64,000 nucleotides of DNA, from contig JBMYLP010000004.1 of NCBI GenBank assembly GCA_049596455.1, forward strand, positions 56,644 to 120,643, written 5' to 3'. Position numbers and translations under genes: made by a program. The notes beneath the pieces were generated by a model, which had not been told where the DNA came from, did not search any database, and saw only the letters and a program-made list of their open reading frames with translations. Of the stretch, positions 1 through 9,370 are shown in pieces; position 1 is the first letter of the stretch; every line of letters starts with the position of its first letter. The DNA comes from Flavobacteriaceae bacterium. Lineage in GTDB: Bacteria; Bacteroidota; Bacteroidia; Flavobacteriales; Flavobacteriaceae.

Positions 1-725
1 CCTGTACGGGCAATTCCTGTTTGAATTTCATCAGCGATAAAAAGCACTTCGTTGTCATTACATAACTGCTGCACAGTACGCAAATAGTCTTCATCAGGTG
101 TGAAAATTCCTGCCTCGCCTTGAATTGGCTCCACAAGAAATCCAACAATATTTTTGTTTGACGCAAAAGCCGCTTCAAGTGCTTTAATGTCGTTGTGCGG
201 AATAGAACTAAACCCAGGCGTGTAGGGACCAAAGTCTTTTTTGGCAACCTGATCATCTGAAAAAGAAATAATGGTAGTAGTTCTTCCGTGAAAATTGCCA
301 TGACAAACCACAATTTGGGCTTGCTCTTGAGGAATTCCCTTTTTTTGCACGCCCCATTTTCGGGCAATTTTGATGGCGGTTTCAACGGCTTCTGCCCCAG
401 AATTCATGGGTAGTATTTTGTCAAAACCAAAATACTCCGTTATAAATGCTGCAAAAGGCCCAAACGCACTGTTGTGAAATGCACGGGAAGTTAAACACAA
501 TTGCTGCGATTGGTCTTGTAGTGCTTGCACAATTCTTGGGTGACAATGCCCTTGATTTACCGCAGAATACGCGGATAAAAAATCAAAATACTTTTTGCCT
601 TCAACATCCCACAAATAAACGCCTTCACCTCGATCCAGGACAACCGGCAACGGATGATAATTATGTGCACCATGATCGTGTTCTAAATCAATGAATTGGT
701 CGGTAAGTGAAATTTTTGTTGACAT
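1..725 (-). CDS. rocD: ornithine aminotransferase (class-III PLP aminotransferase); 3' end cut by window edge
   Basis: Absent from the ORF track because it runs off the window. My translation from ATG (725-723, minus) gives MSTKISLTDQFIDLEHDHGAHNYHPLPVVLDRGEGVYLWDVEGKKYFDFLSAYSAVNQGHCHPRIV..., the hallmark N-terminus of ornithine-oxo-acid aminotransferases. Confidence 0.85.
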   Translation of the reverse strand, partial: MSTKISLTDQFIDLEHDHGAHNYHPLPVVLDRGEGVYLWDVEGKKYFDFLSAYSAVNQGHCHPRIVQALQDQSQQLCLTSRAFHNSAFGPFAAFITEYFGFDKILPMNSGAEAVETAIKIARKWGVQKKGIPQEQAQIVVCHGNFHGRTTTIISFSDDQVAKKDFGPYTPGFSSIPHNDIKALEAAFASNKNIVGFLVEPIQGEAGIFTPDEDYLRTVQQLCNDNEVLFIADEIQTGIART

Positions 726-732
726 ATGGTAA

Positions 733-740
733 CAAAAGTA
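733..740 (-). promoter_or_regulatory. Bacteroidetes -7 box TACTTTTG, 7 nt upstream of the rocD ATG
   Basis: Exact TAnnTTTG match on the minus strand. It lies inside the 3' end region of the upstream LytTR ORF. Confidence 0.4.
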
Positions 741-764
741 CTAAAGCCCATGTCAATATAAAAA

Positions 765-1160
765 CTAAACCTTGGTTTCGTAGGCTTTTTCAATAAAATC
801 AATAAGTGCTCTATATCCCTTTCTAGAGATAAATATTTTTTTTCCATTTGAAAGCACAATAGTGTATTGCGCATTTCGTAAAATGGATTTTATTGCAGAA
901 ATACACACTAAAGAGGTTCTACTTACACGAAAGAAAGATTTTGTGTGCTGCAGCTTTTTTTCAATCTCTTGTATAGACATATTCACAAGCTTAAAATCAT
1001 TTTTTTCATGGCTTTTGAGTATCATCTCGGCTTTATCTTTTCCTTTGTGTGTTTCCACGCAAATGATATCGTCAACAGAAACAAAATCAATTGAAAACCT
1101 GTCTGAAAATGTAAATCGCTGAGAGGGACCGCCTTTTACTGCGTTGAATTGTGTCAACAA
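765..1160 (-). CDS. LytTR DNA-binding domain ORF (C-terminal half of a split LytR/AlgR-type response regulator)
   Basis: The 131-aa ORF has LytTR-like features (FVSVDDIICVETHKGK..., FFRVSRTSLVCISAIKSI). It has no ATG near its start, only TTG at 1160. It is in the same frame as the REC ORF, separated from it by one TAA. Confidence 0.6.
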   Translation of the reverse strand: MLTQFNAVKGGPSQRFTFSDRFSIDFVSVDDIICVETHKGKDKAEMILKSHEKNDFKLVNMSIQEIEKKLQHTKSFFRVSRTSLVCISAIKSILRNAQYTIVLSNGKKIFISRKGYRALIDFIEKAYETKV

Positions 1161-1175
1161 ATCAGCATCAAAAAC

Positions 1176-1553
1176 TTATTTGTCGTTAGTGCTTTGCAGT
1201 TTTTTCTCGATTTTGTTTACGGTAGCAATTAAATCTTGAATTTCAAGTGGCTTTAGTAAATAGTCAACCACTTGGTATCGTATGGCTCGTAGCGCAAATT
1301 CGTCATGTGCCGTACACATTACCACTTGCATTTCGTGATAGCCAACTTCATCCAAAATATCGAATCCACTACCTTCATCAAGGACAATATCTAAAAATAA
1401 AATATCCGGTTTATTAGATATCAAATACTTAGTGGCGTTCTTTTTTTTTGAAAAAGAAGCCTCAAGCTTAATATTTGGGCAATACTTTTCTAAGTAATAA
1501 GAGAAAAGTGCGATATTGCGTGCCTCGTCATCAACAATTACTGCAGTTAACAA
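1176..1553 (-). CDS. response-regulator receiver (REC) domain ORF (N-terminal half of a split LytR/AlgR-type regulator)
   Basis: Contains the VIVDDE acidic pocket, the ILFLDIVLD phospho-acceptor Asp context, and VMCTAHDEFALRA. Starts at TTG and ends at TAA 1178-1176 in the interdomain linker. Confidence 0.7.
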   Translation of the reverse strand: MLTAVIVDDEARNIALFSYYLEKYCPNIKLEASFSKKKNATKYLISNKPDILFLDIVLDEGSGFDILDEVGYHEMQVVMCTAHDEFALRAIRYQVVDYLLKPLEIQDLIATVNKIEKKLQSTNDK

Positions 1554-1642
1554 TGCTGTGTTTAGTTTTAATTGATGCTAAAAATATAACATTTTTTTGA
1601 GTGTTGCTAACAATTGTTATTGTGTTAAAATTTGAATAATTA

Positions 1643-2458
1643 ATGTCATTTACTGTTTTGAAACATATTTCGAGTACACAAAATACCCGCATTAAAGAAC
1701 TCATTTCGTTGCAGTCGAAAGCCAAAACACGGACTGAAAAACAGCAATTCGTGGTAGAAGGAAGGCGAGAGTTGCATTTAGCAAGCGTGTCTGACTATGC
1801 CGTTAACGCCCTTTTTTGGTGTCCAGATATTTTTAAGGAATCTGATTTTTTAACTTGGGTTGAACAATTTGATAAAAGCATCGACATTACATCGGTTTCA
1901 TTAACAGTTTATCAAAAACTAGTTGTTCGCGAGAGTACCGAAGGAGTTGTTGGGATTTTAAGTCACAAAAATCATTCATTGGATTCATGGCAGCCAAAAA
2001 GCAAAAGCCCCTTAATTGTTGTTTTAGAATCTATTGAAAAACCAGGGAATCTTGGCGCAATTTTAAGAACTGCCGACGCTGCTGGTATTGACTCAATAGT
2101 CATTACCGAACAGCGCACAGACATATACAATCCAAATGTGATTCGATCTAGCGTTGGTGGTTTTTTTTCAGTGCCAATTTTTGTGTGTTCCAACAAGGAG
2201 GCACACGATTTTCTAATCAAAAACAACATAAACACCTATGCGGCATCACTTCAAAACAGCACAGACTATAGCCGTTTAGATTATACACAACCCACAGCTT
2301 TTGTCATGGGTAGCGAAGCAAAGGGGTTAAGTCCTTTTTGGTATCAGCAAGGAATTACTGCCGTTAAGATTCCTATGCTGGGCAATGTAGACTCGCTCAA
2401 CGTTTCTGTTGCAACAGCGATTTTGACTTATGAGGTAATTCGTCAGCGGAATAGTTAA
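1643..2458 (+). CDS. TrmH/SpoU-family RNA 2'-O-methyltransferase
   Basis: Carries the SpoU methylase motifs ESIEKPGNLGAILRTADAAG and LNVSVATAILTYE. Confidence 0.85.
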   Translation: MSFTVLKHISSTQNTRIKELISLQSKAKTRTEKQQFVVEGRRELHLASVSDYAVNALFWCPDIFKESDFLTWVEQFDKSIDITSVSLTVYQKLVVRESTEGVVGILSHKNHSLDSWQPKSKSPLIVVLESIEKPGNLGAILRTADAAGIDSIVITEQRTDIYNPNVIRSSVGGFFSVPIFVCSNKEAHDFLIKNNINTYAASLQNSTDYSRLDYTQPTAFVMGSEAKGLSPFWYQQGITAVKIPMLGNVDSLNVSVATAILTYEVIRQRNS

Positions 2459-2476
2459 TTTTTGTATCTTTAACAG

Positions 2477-4678
2477 ATGCAGACGAAAGAAGTTAATGAA
2501 AATGCACTTATAGCACAGGAGTATAAAAACTTGCTGCGCAACACGTATTTGTCATTGTCTGCAGCAGATAAAAAATTGATTCGGATGGCTTTTGAAACCG
2601 CTGTTGATGCGCATAAAGATCAACGGCGAAAAAGTGGTGAGCCGTACATTTTGCACCCTATTGCTGTGGCACAAATTGTAGCCGATCAAATTGGACTTGG
2701 CGCAACGTCTATTGCTGCGGCGCTTTTGCACGACGTGGTTGAAGACACTTCGTTAACCCTCGATGATATTGAACTCATGTTTGGCGAAACCGTCGCCAAG
2801 ATTGTTGATGGACTTACCAAAATTTCAAAACTAAGCAAAGACAAACGGGTTTCGGTACAGGCAGAAAACTTCAAAAAAATGCTACTAACCATGAACGACG
2901 ACGTTCGGGTTATTCTTATCAAAATTGCGGACAGGCTACACAACATGATGACACTTGCAGCCATGCCTGAAGAAAAGCAAGTGCGTATAGCCTCAGAAAC
3001 GCTTTATATCTATGCGCCATTGGCACACAGAATTGGTATGTACAACATCAAAACACAACTGGAAGATTTGGCACTCAAGTACACCGAGCCAGAAGTGTAT
3101 TCAGACATAGAGCAAAAAATCAAAGAAAGTGAGGAAGAACGATTAAATTACATCGAAAGTTTTACAGAGCAACTCCAAAGCCACCTGACCAAAGAACGCA
3201 TCAAGTTTAGAACAGAAGGAAGATTCAAAAGTATTTTTTCTATACGCAGAAAAATGCAGCTTAAAAACAGAAAGTTTGAAGAGGTTTTTGACCGATTTGC
3301 GGTGCGCATAATTTATAAATCTACGCCAAAACAGGAGAAGTTTTTGGCTTGGAAAATTTATTCAATCGTAACCGATCATTTCCAACCCAATCCCACGCGC
3401 CTTCGCGATTGGATTTCTTCGCCTAAATCTACAGGCTACGAAGCGCTTCATATTACAGTGGTGGGACCGGGTAGTAAGTGGGTAGAGGTGCAAATTCGTT
3501 CGGAACGCATGCACGAAATTGCTGAGAAAGGCTATGCTGCACATTTTAAATACAAGCACGGAAAACAAGACGAAGGCGGCATGGAACTTTGGTTGAATAG
3601 GTTACGTGAGGTGCTGGAATCACAAGACGCTGATGCCGTTGATTTTGTGAAAGAATTTAAGCTAAACTTATACGCCAGCGAGATTTTTGTTTTTACGCCA
3701 AAAGGCGATTTAAAATCACTTCCTAAAGGGGCTACACCCGTTGATTTTGCGTTTTCGATACATAGTGAAGTGGGTAAAAAGACACGAGGTGCGCGAGTAA
3801 ATGGCAAAATTGTTCCGTTAAATTTTGTACTCAACAGCGGCGATCAAGTTGAAATTATAACATCCGAAATCGCAAAACCCAACGCAAATTGGCTTGATTT
3901 TGTGATTACCTCAAAGGCGCGTTCTGCCATTAGAACCGCACTGAGATCTGAAGAGAAAGAAATTGCTACCGAAGGCAAAGAACTATTACGGCGAAAATTG
4001 CGTCAAATGAAATTTAAATTCAATGACCGTATCATTAACGCAATGGTTTCGTATTTCAAACTTAAAACCAGTTTAGACTTGTATTATCGTATCGGTATTG
4101 GAACGATTGACAACAAAATGCTAAAAAAGTTTGCCGCCGAAGAAAACAATCGTTTTTATCAATTGTTTAGACGCAGACCTTCAGACAAACCCAAGAAACA
4201 AGATGTGGAAAATGGAAAAATTTCATCTTTCTATGATATGCTGGTTTTTGGTAAAAATCAAGAAACCCTTGACTATACGCTTAGCCCTTGTTGTAATCCC
4301 ATAGCTGGGGATGAGGTATTTGGTTTTGTGTCTATCAATGACGGCATCAAAGTACACAAAAACGAGTGTCCAAATGCCATTAGCTTACATTCCAACTACG
4401 GCTACAGAATTGTAAGCGCCAAGTGGGTTGATTCATCAAAAGGTTTCTTTACGGGAAGTATCCGTCTTTCAGGTATAGACCGATTGGGGCTCGTCAATGA
4501 GGTGACCAATTTAATTTCAAATGCACACAATGTTGACATTACCCAAATTCATTTTGATACTGAAAACGGCACATTTACTGGCGATATCAAGCTTCACGTA
4601 CGCCATGCTTCAACACTGTATGTCCTCGTCAATAAACTTGAAAAAGTTCCGGGAATCGATAAAGTAGTACGGGATTAA
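2477..4678 (+). CDS. RelA/SpoT-family (RSH) bifunctional (p)ppGpp synthetase/hydrolase
   Basis: 733 aa. Has an HD hydrolase motif (HDVVEDT), a synthetase region (YEALHITV), and TGS and ACT-like C-terminal regions. Confidence 0.92.
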   Translation: MQTKEVNENALIAQEYKNLLRNTYLSLSAADKKLIRMAFETAVDAHKDQRRKSGEPYILHPIAVAQIVADQIGLGATSIAAALLHDVVEDTSLTLDDIELMFGETVAKIVDGLTKISKLSKDKRVSVQAENFKKMLLTMNDDVRVILIKIADRLHNMMTLAAMPEEKQVRIASETLYIYAPLAHRIGMYNIKTQLEDLALKYTEPEVYSDIEQKIKESEEERLNYIESFTEQLQSHLTKERIKFRTEGRFKSIFSIRRKMQLKNRKFEEVFDRFAVRIIYKSTPKQEKFLAWKIYSIVTDHFQPNPTRLRDWISSPKSTGYEALHITVVGPGSKWVEVQIRSERMHEIAEKGYAAHFKYKHGKQDEGGMELWLNRLREVLESQDADAVDFVKEFKLNLYASEIFVFTPKGDLKSLPKGATPVDFAFSIHSEVGKKTRGARVNGKIVPLNFVLNSGDQVEIITSEIAKPNANWLDFVITSKARSAIRTALRSEEKEIATEGKELLRRKLRQMKFKFNDRIINAMVSYFKLKTSLDLYYRIGIGTIDNKMLKKFAAEENNRFYQLFRRRPSDKPKKQDVENGKISSFYDMLVFGKNQETLDYTLSPCCNPIAGDEVFGFVSINDGIKVHKNECPNAISLHSNYGYRIVSAKWVDSSKGFFTGSIRLSGIDRLGLVNEVTNLISNAHNVDITQIHFDTENGTFTGDIKLHVRHASTLYVLVNKLEKVPGIDKVVRD

Positions 4679-4715
4679 AATCGGTTGCGTATCTTTGTTG
4701 TTTGGGTTTATCTAA

Positions 4716-5153
4716 ATGGAAAACGAATTTGAAATCGTCAAGAGTGTTTTTGTTCAATTTTTGGACAGCAACGGGCATCGAAAAACTCCCGAACGCTTTG
4801 CTATTTTAGAAGAAATTTACTTAAGCGATGAGCACTTTGATATAGAGTCGCTATACATTAAGATGAAAAACAAAAATTATCGTGTAAGCCGTGCTACATT
4901 GTATAACACCATTGAGCTTTTATTGGCTTGTGGGCTAGTTCGCAAACATCAATTTGGATTGCAGCATGCGCAATATGAGAAGTCATATTTTGACAAACAA
5001 CACGATCACGTAATTCTAACCGATAGCGGTGACGTAAAAGAGTTTTGCGACCCTCGTATTCAAGCAATAAAAAAAACAATTGAAGAAGTTTTTGATATTG
5101 ATATACACGCACATTCCTTGTATTTTTACGGCACCAAAAAAAACACTAAATAA
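4716..5153 (+). CDS. Fur-family transcriptional regulator
   Basis: 145 aa with a winged-helix N-terminus ([13 protein letters not shown]...[12 protein letters not shown]). TATCTTTG box lies 18 nt upstream. Confidence 0.75.
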   Translation: MENEFEIVKSVFVQFLDSNGHRKTPERFAILEEIYLSDEHFDIESLYIKMKNKNYRVSRATLYNTIELLLACGLVRKHQFGLQHAQYEKSYFDKQHDHVILTDSGDVKEFCDPRIQAIKKTIEEVFDIDIHAHSLYFYGTKKNTK

Positions 5154-5162
5154 CAACCATTC

Positions 5163-6446
5163 ATGGCCATTGACTTACTCTTGGGCTTACAGTGGGGCGA
5201 CGAAGGAAAAGGCAAAATTGTTGATGTACTCACTAAAAAGTACGATATCATTGCGCGTTTTCAAGGCGGACCCAATGCAGGACACACACTAGAATTTGAA
5301 GGAATAAAACACGTTTTACACACCATTCCCTCGGGAATTTTTCATCCAAAAGCCATCAATTTGGTTGGGAACGGCGTTGTGATTGACCCTGTAATTTTTA
5401 AGCAAGAATTGGAAAATTTAGCTCCTTTTGACATCAACGTGCGTGAGTCGTTGTTGGTGTCAAGAAAGGCGCACCTGATTTTACCGACACATCGCTTATT
5501 GGACGCAGCCTCTGAATTAGCGAAAGGAAAAGCCAAAATTGGTTCAACCCTTAAGGGAATTGGTCCAACCTATATGGACAAAACAGGCAGAAACGGAATT
5601 CGTATCGGCGATATTGAACTTTCAACATGGAAAGAAAAATATGCGCTTTTACGTGATAAGCACCTTGCTATGATTGACAACATGAAGGTTTCGCTAGAAT
5701 TTTCAATAGAAGATTTGGAAGCGGCTTTCTTTGATGCCGTAGCGTACTTAAAATCAGCTGTTTCTTTTGTAGACAGCGAAGAATACCTTCGCGTTGCGCA
5801 ACAAAACAAGCAACATATTTTGGCAGAAGGCGCGCAAGGGTCGCTGTTAGATATCGATTTTGGCACCTATCCGTTTGTAACTTCATCTAACACAACTGCT
5901 GCGGGTGCATGTACCGGATTAGGTATTGCTCCAAATAGAATTGGTGAGGTTTTTGGAATTTTTAAGGCATACACTACTCGTGTGGGAAGTGGCCCTTTCC
6001 CAACCGAGCTTTTTGATGAAGTCGGCGAAACCATGGGGCGTGTTGGGCATGAATTTGGTGCTACTACAGGTAGGGCAAGACGCTGTGGGTGGCTTGATTT
6101 AGTTGCCTTAAAATACGCTGTGGAAATCAATGGAGTCACCCAACTTATGATGATGAAAGGCGATGTGCTTTCTGGGTTTGACGAACTTAAAGTCTGTACT
6201 GCATACACATATCAAGGCGAAGCCATTGAGCATCTTCCCTATTCTTTAAATGCCGATGAAGTAACACCACAATACACCACTTTGCCGGGCTGGAAAGAAG
6301 ATTTGACGCGTATGCGTAACGCAAATGAGCTACCAAAAACGTTCAATGAATATGTGGCATTTGTTGAAGATTTTGTGCAAACACCCATTAGCATAGTATC
6401 CGTTGGGCCAGACAGAAGCCAAACCATTTTTCGCTCCACTGAATAA
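5163..6446 (+). CDS. purA: adenylosuccinate synthase
   Basis: Has the GLQWGDEGKGKIVD P-loop and GTTGRGIGP-like motifs. Length is 427 aa. Confidence 0.95.
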   Translation: MAIDLLLGLQWGDEGKGKIVDVLTKKYDIIARFQGGPNAGHTLEFEGIKHVLHTIPSGIFHPKAINLVGNGVVIDPVIFKQELENLAPFDINVRESLLVSRKAHLILPTHRLLDAASELAKGKAKIGSTLKGIGPTYMDKTGRNGIRIGDIELSTWKEKYALLRDKHLAMIDNMKVSLEFSIEDLEAAFFDAVAYLKSAVSFVDSEEYLRVAQQNKQHILAEGAQGSLLDIDFGTYPFVTSSNTTAAGACTGLGIAPNRIGEVFGIFKAYTTRVGSGPFPTELFDEVGETMGRVGHEFGATTGRARRCGWLDLVALKYAVEINGVTQLMMMKGDVLSGFDELKVCTAYTYQGEAIEHLPYSLNADEVTPQYTTLPGWKEDLTRMRNANELPKTFNEYVAFVEDFVQTPISIVSVGPDRSQTIFRSTE

Positions 6447-6452
6447 ACACAA

Positions 6453-8096
6453 ATGAAGCCTGTATTCTATTCTTGCTTGTTGTTGCTTTTGTCTTTTGGA
6501 TTGCGTGCACAAGAGCAAGAAATTGAGATACGAAAAGCTGGATCTTTTCAGTTGGATCAAGAAAATTTTCCAGGCGCAAATATTCTTACACGCAGCGAAA
6601 CACAACAAGTGCATTTGGTACATCAAGGCATGGATGTGTGGTCAGACAAAGCCTTTTTTTATAAAACTGAAAACAGGTTTAATGCCATTGGAAACGTGCG
6701 AATTCAGCAAGGAGATAGTTTAGTGCTTACCAGCAAATTAGTCAACTACGACGGCAACAGCAAACTTGCCGTTGCAAAAGAAAATGTAGTCCTTGATAAC
6801 AAGGAAATGCTACTCAAAACCGATACGCTTTATTTTGATCGGATTGCCGATAAGGCATATTACCCTTCAAACGGAACGGTGTATGATAGTCTTACCACCA
6901 TTAAAAGCAAGCAAGGAACATATATTTCGGAAAGCAAAAAGTATCAATTTGAAAAACAGGTTGTAATTACAAATCCCGACTTTAAGGTGACTTCTGCTCG
7001 CATGGACTTTTACACTGAAAGCAAGCACGCCTTTTTCTACGGAAAAACAACGATTATTGGAAATGATTATGTAGTGCGCTGCAAAAAAGGATTTTACGAC
7101 ACACAGCGCAAATTAGGGTACTTTAAAAAAGAAGCCTCGGTGGACTACGATAATCGAAATATTGTTGGTGATAGCATCTACTTTGACGATGCAAAACAGT
7201 ATGCTGCTGCTACACAAAACATTCGTATCACCGATACCATAAACAACACCTTTTTGACAGGAAATTACGGACAAGTTTTTAAGGCGCAGGATTCAGCGAT
7301 GGTAACCCACAGGGCGGTGGCTATCAATTTGGTAGAACAAGATTCTCTTTTTATTCATGCCGATACACTTATTGCTACTGGACCACCCGTTGAACGAGTG
7401 CTAAGGGGATTTCACGACGTACGAATATTTAAAGAAGACCTCAGCGGCAAAGCCGACTCCATTCATTTTAATCAAAAAAACGGACGTGCTAAACTTATAA
7501 GACGCCCCATGAGCGACAAAGAATTACAGTTTTTAACCCCTCAGGAAATTGCTGATAGAAATCCAATTTTGTGGTCAGATGAAAGTCAAATGACTGGTGA
7601 TGAAATTCATCTGACCATAGACATGGAAAAAGAAGTTTTGGATTCGCTTTTGATTTACAACAACGCATTTGTTGTTGAGCAAGATACTCTCGATGTTGCT
7701 AACTTCAATCAAATTAAAGGATTGCAGCTTAAAGGAAAGTTTAATGGGCAAAGCTTAGAAACAGTTGATGTCATTCAAAATACCGAGATGGTGTACTACC
7801 TCTACGACGACGAAACTCTTGACCTTGTAGGAATAGACAAAGCTATATGTAGTGCCTTACGCCTCACTTTTGAAGAAAGTGCCATCGATAAGGTCACGTT
7901 TTTTACCGATCCAGATGGCGTTGTATATCCGCCAGAAGAGCTACCCGCCAACGCACGTCAATTATTAGGGTTTTCATGGCGAGGGGATGAACGTATTTAT
8001 ACAAAAGAAGATCTTTTTCACGGAGTAGATTTGGAGCAATTTACCATGCAAGTGACACCTAAATTGCCAAAAATAACTTTAAAGCAAAAACAATAA
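6453..8096 (+). CDS. OstA/LptA-like (OstA_N repeat) periplasmic protein with signal peptide
   Basis: Has an N-terminal signal (LLLLLSFGLRAQ) and repeated beta-jellyroll-like OstA segments. Confidence 0.55.
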   Translation: MKPVFYSCLLLLLSFGLRAQEQEIEIRKAGSFQLDQENFPGANILTRSETQQVHLVHQGMDVWSDKAFFYKTENRFNAIGNVRIQQGDSLVLTSKLVNYDGNSKLAVAKENVVLDNKEMLLKTDTLYFDRIADKAYYPSNGTVYDSLTTIKSKQGTYISESKKYQFEKQVVITNPDFKVTSARMDFYTESKHAFFYGKTTIIGNDYVVRCKKGFYDTQRKLGYFKKEASVDYDNRNIVGDSIYFDDAKQYAAATQNIRITDTINNTFLTGNYGQVFKAQDSAMVTHRAVAINLVEQDSLFIHADTLIATGPPVERVLRGFHDVRIFKEDLSGKADSIHFNQKNGRAKLIRRPMSDKELQFLTPQEIADRNPILWSDESQMTGDEIHLTIDMEKEVLDSLLIYNNAFVVEQDTLDVANFNQIKGLQLKGKFNGQSLETVDVIQNTEMVYYLYDDETLDLVGIDKAICSALRLTFEESAIDKVTFFTDPDGVVYPPEELPANARQLLGFSWRGDERIYTKEDLFHGVDLEQFTMQVTPKLPKITLKQKQ

Positions 8097-8101
8097 TCGC
8101 C

Positions 8102-9292
8102 ATGCAAAAATTAGCGTCATTGTTTGAAAAACATCAAGCGCAAACAACCCCCCACCCTATGGGTTTGGAAATTGTTCGCGCCAAAGGTTGCTATTTGTAC
8201 GATCAAAACAACAAACGGTATTTAGATTTGGTTGCGGGTGTATCGGCTTGTAGTTTGGGGCATAGGCATCCAAAGGTAGTACGCGCCATAAAAAAGCAAT
8301 TGCGAAAATACTTGCACGTAATGGTATATGGCGAATTTGTACAAAAAGAGCCTGTATTGCTAGCTAAGTTATTAGCGGAACATCTACCCGAACCTCTAGA
8401 CACCACTTACCTTACCAACTCGGGCACAGAAGCCATAGAGGGAGCTCTTAAACTGGCAAAACGAGTGACAGGTCGTGCGGAAATCATTGCTGCTAACAAC
8501 GCCTACCACGGCAATACCATGGGTGCCATGAGCGTAATGGGCTACGAAGAAAGAAAAAGTGCATACCGTCCATTAATTCCGGGAACATCATTTATTGATT
8601 TTAATGATGTTAAAGCCATAGAGCGCATTACAACCAATACTGCTGCTATAATTTTAGAAACCATTCAGGGTGGAGCTGGATTCATAAAGCCACAAAAAGG
8701 CTATTTAGCAAAAATTAAAAAACGTTGCAAAGAGGTTGGCGCTTTGTTGATTTTAGATGAAATTCAGCCGGGTATGGGCAGAACGGGAAAGTTATTTGCC
8801 TTTATGGACCATAATATTGTGCCTGATATTTTGGTTACTGGAAAGGGACTGGGTGGCGGACTTCCAGTGGGTGCGTTTATTGCTGCCCAACATCACATGG
8901 CGCAATTAAAAGAGGCTCCCTCGCTAGGTCATATTACTACTTTTGGAGGAAATCCAGTAATAGCGGCAGCATGTAGAGCTACACTTTCTACTATTTTAAG
9001 CAGTAATTTGATGGCAAAAGCGCTAGTAAAAGAACAGCTTTTTCGTGAACTACTGGTCCATAAAAAAATTAAAGAAATCAGAGGAAAAGGCTTGATGTTA
9101 GCACTGATTATGGATTCACCTAAAAGTGCACAACAACTTGTTAAACAGTCACTTAAAAACGGTATCTTGTTGTTTTTCTTGTTGTTTGAGTCCAAAGCTG
9201 TTCGGATTTCTCCTCCGTTAACTATTACCACAAAACAAATACGACAGGCTTGTGAAAAAATTCTACAAACGCTTGATTCTTTAGACTGTTGA
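8102..9292 (+). CDS. class-III PLP-dependent aminotransferase (acetylornithine/GABA aminotransferase-like)
   Basis: Contains SGTEAIEGALKLAK and LILDEIQPGMGRTGKLFAF, with the Lys in VTGKGLGGG. Confidence 0.8.
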   Translation: MQKLASLFEKHQAQTTPHPMGLEIVRAKGCYLYDQNNKRYLDLVAGVSACSLGHRHPKVVRAIKKQLRKYLHVMVYGEFVQKEPVLLAKLLAEHLPEPLDTTYLTNSGTEAIEGALKLAKRVTGRAEIIAANNAYHGNTMGAMSVMGYEERKSAYRPLIPGTSFIDFNDVKAIERITTNTAAIILETIQGGAGFIKPQKGYLAKIKKRCKEVGALLILDEIQPGMGRTGKLFAFMDHNIVPDILVTGKGLGGGLPVGAFIAAQHHMAQLKEAPSLGHITTFGGNPVIAAACRATLSTILSSNLMAKALVKEQLFRELLVHKKIKEIRGKGLMLALIMDSPKSAQQLVKQSLKNGILLFFLLFESKAVRISPPLTITTKQIRQACEKILQTLDSLDC

Positions 9293-9370
9293 TTACTTTG
9301 TTGAAAATTATGGAGTTACAGTGACCTGTGCTTTAAATCTATATTCTAGATTTATATCATAACTCAACGT

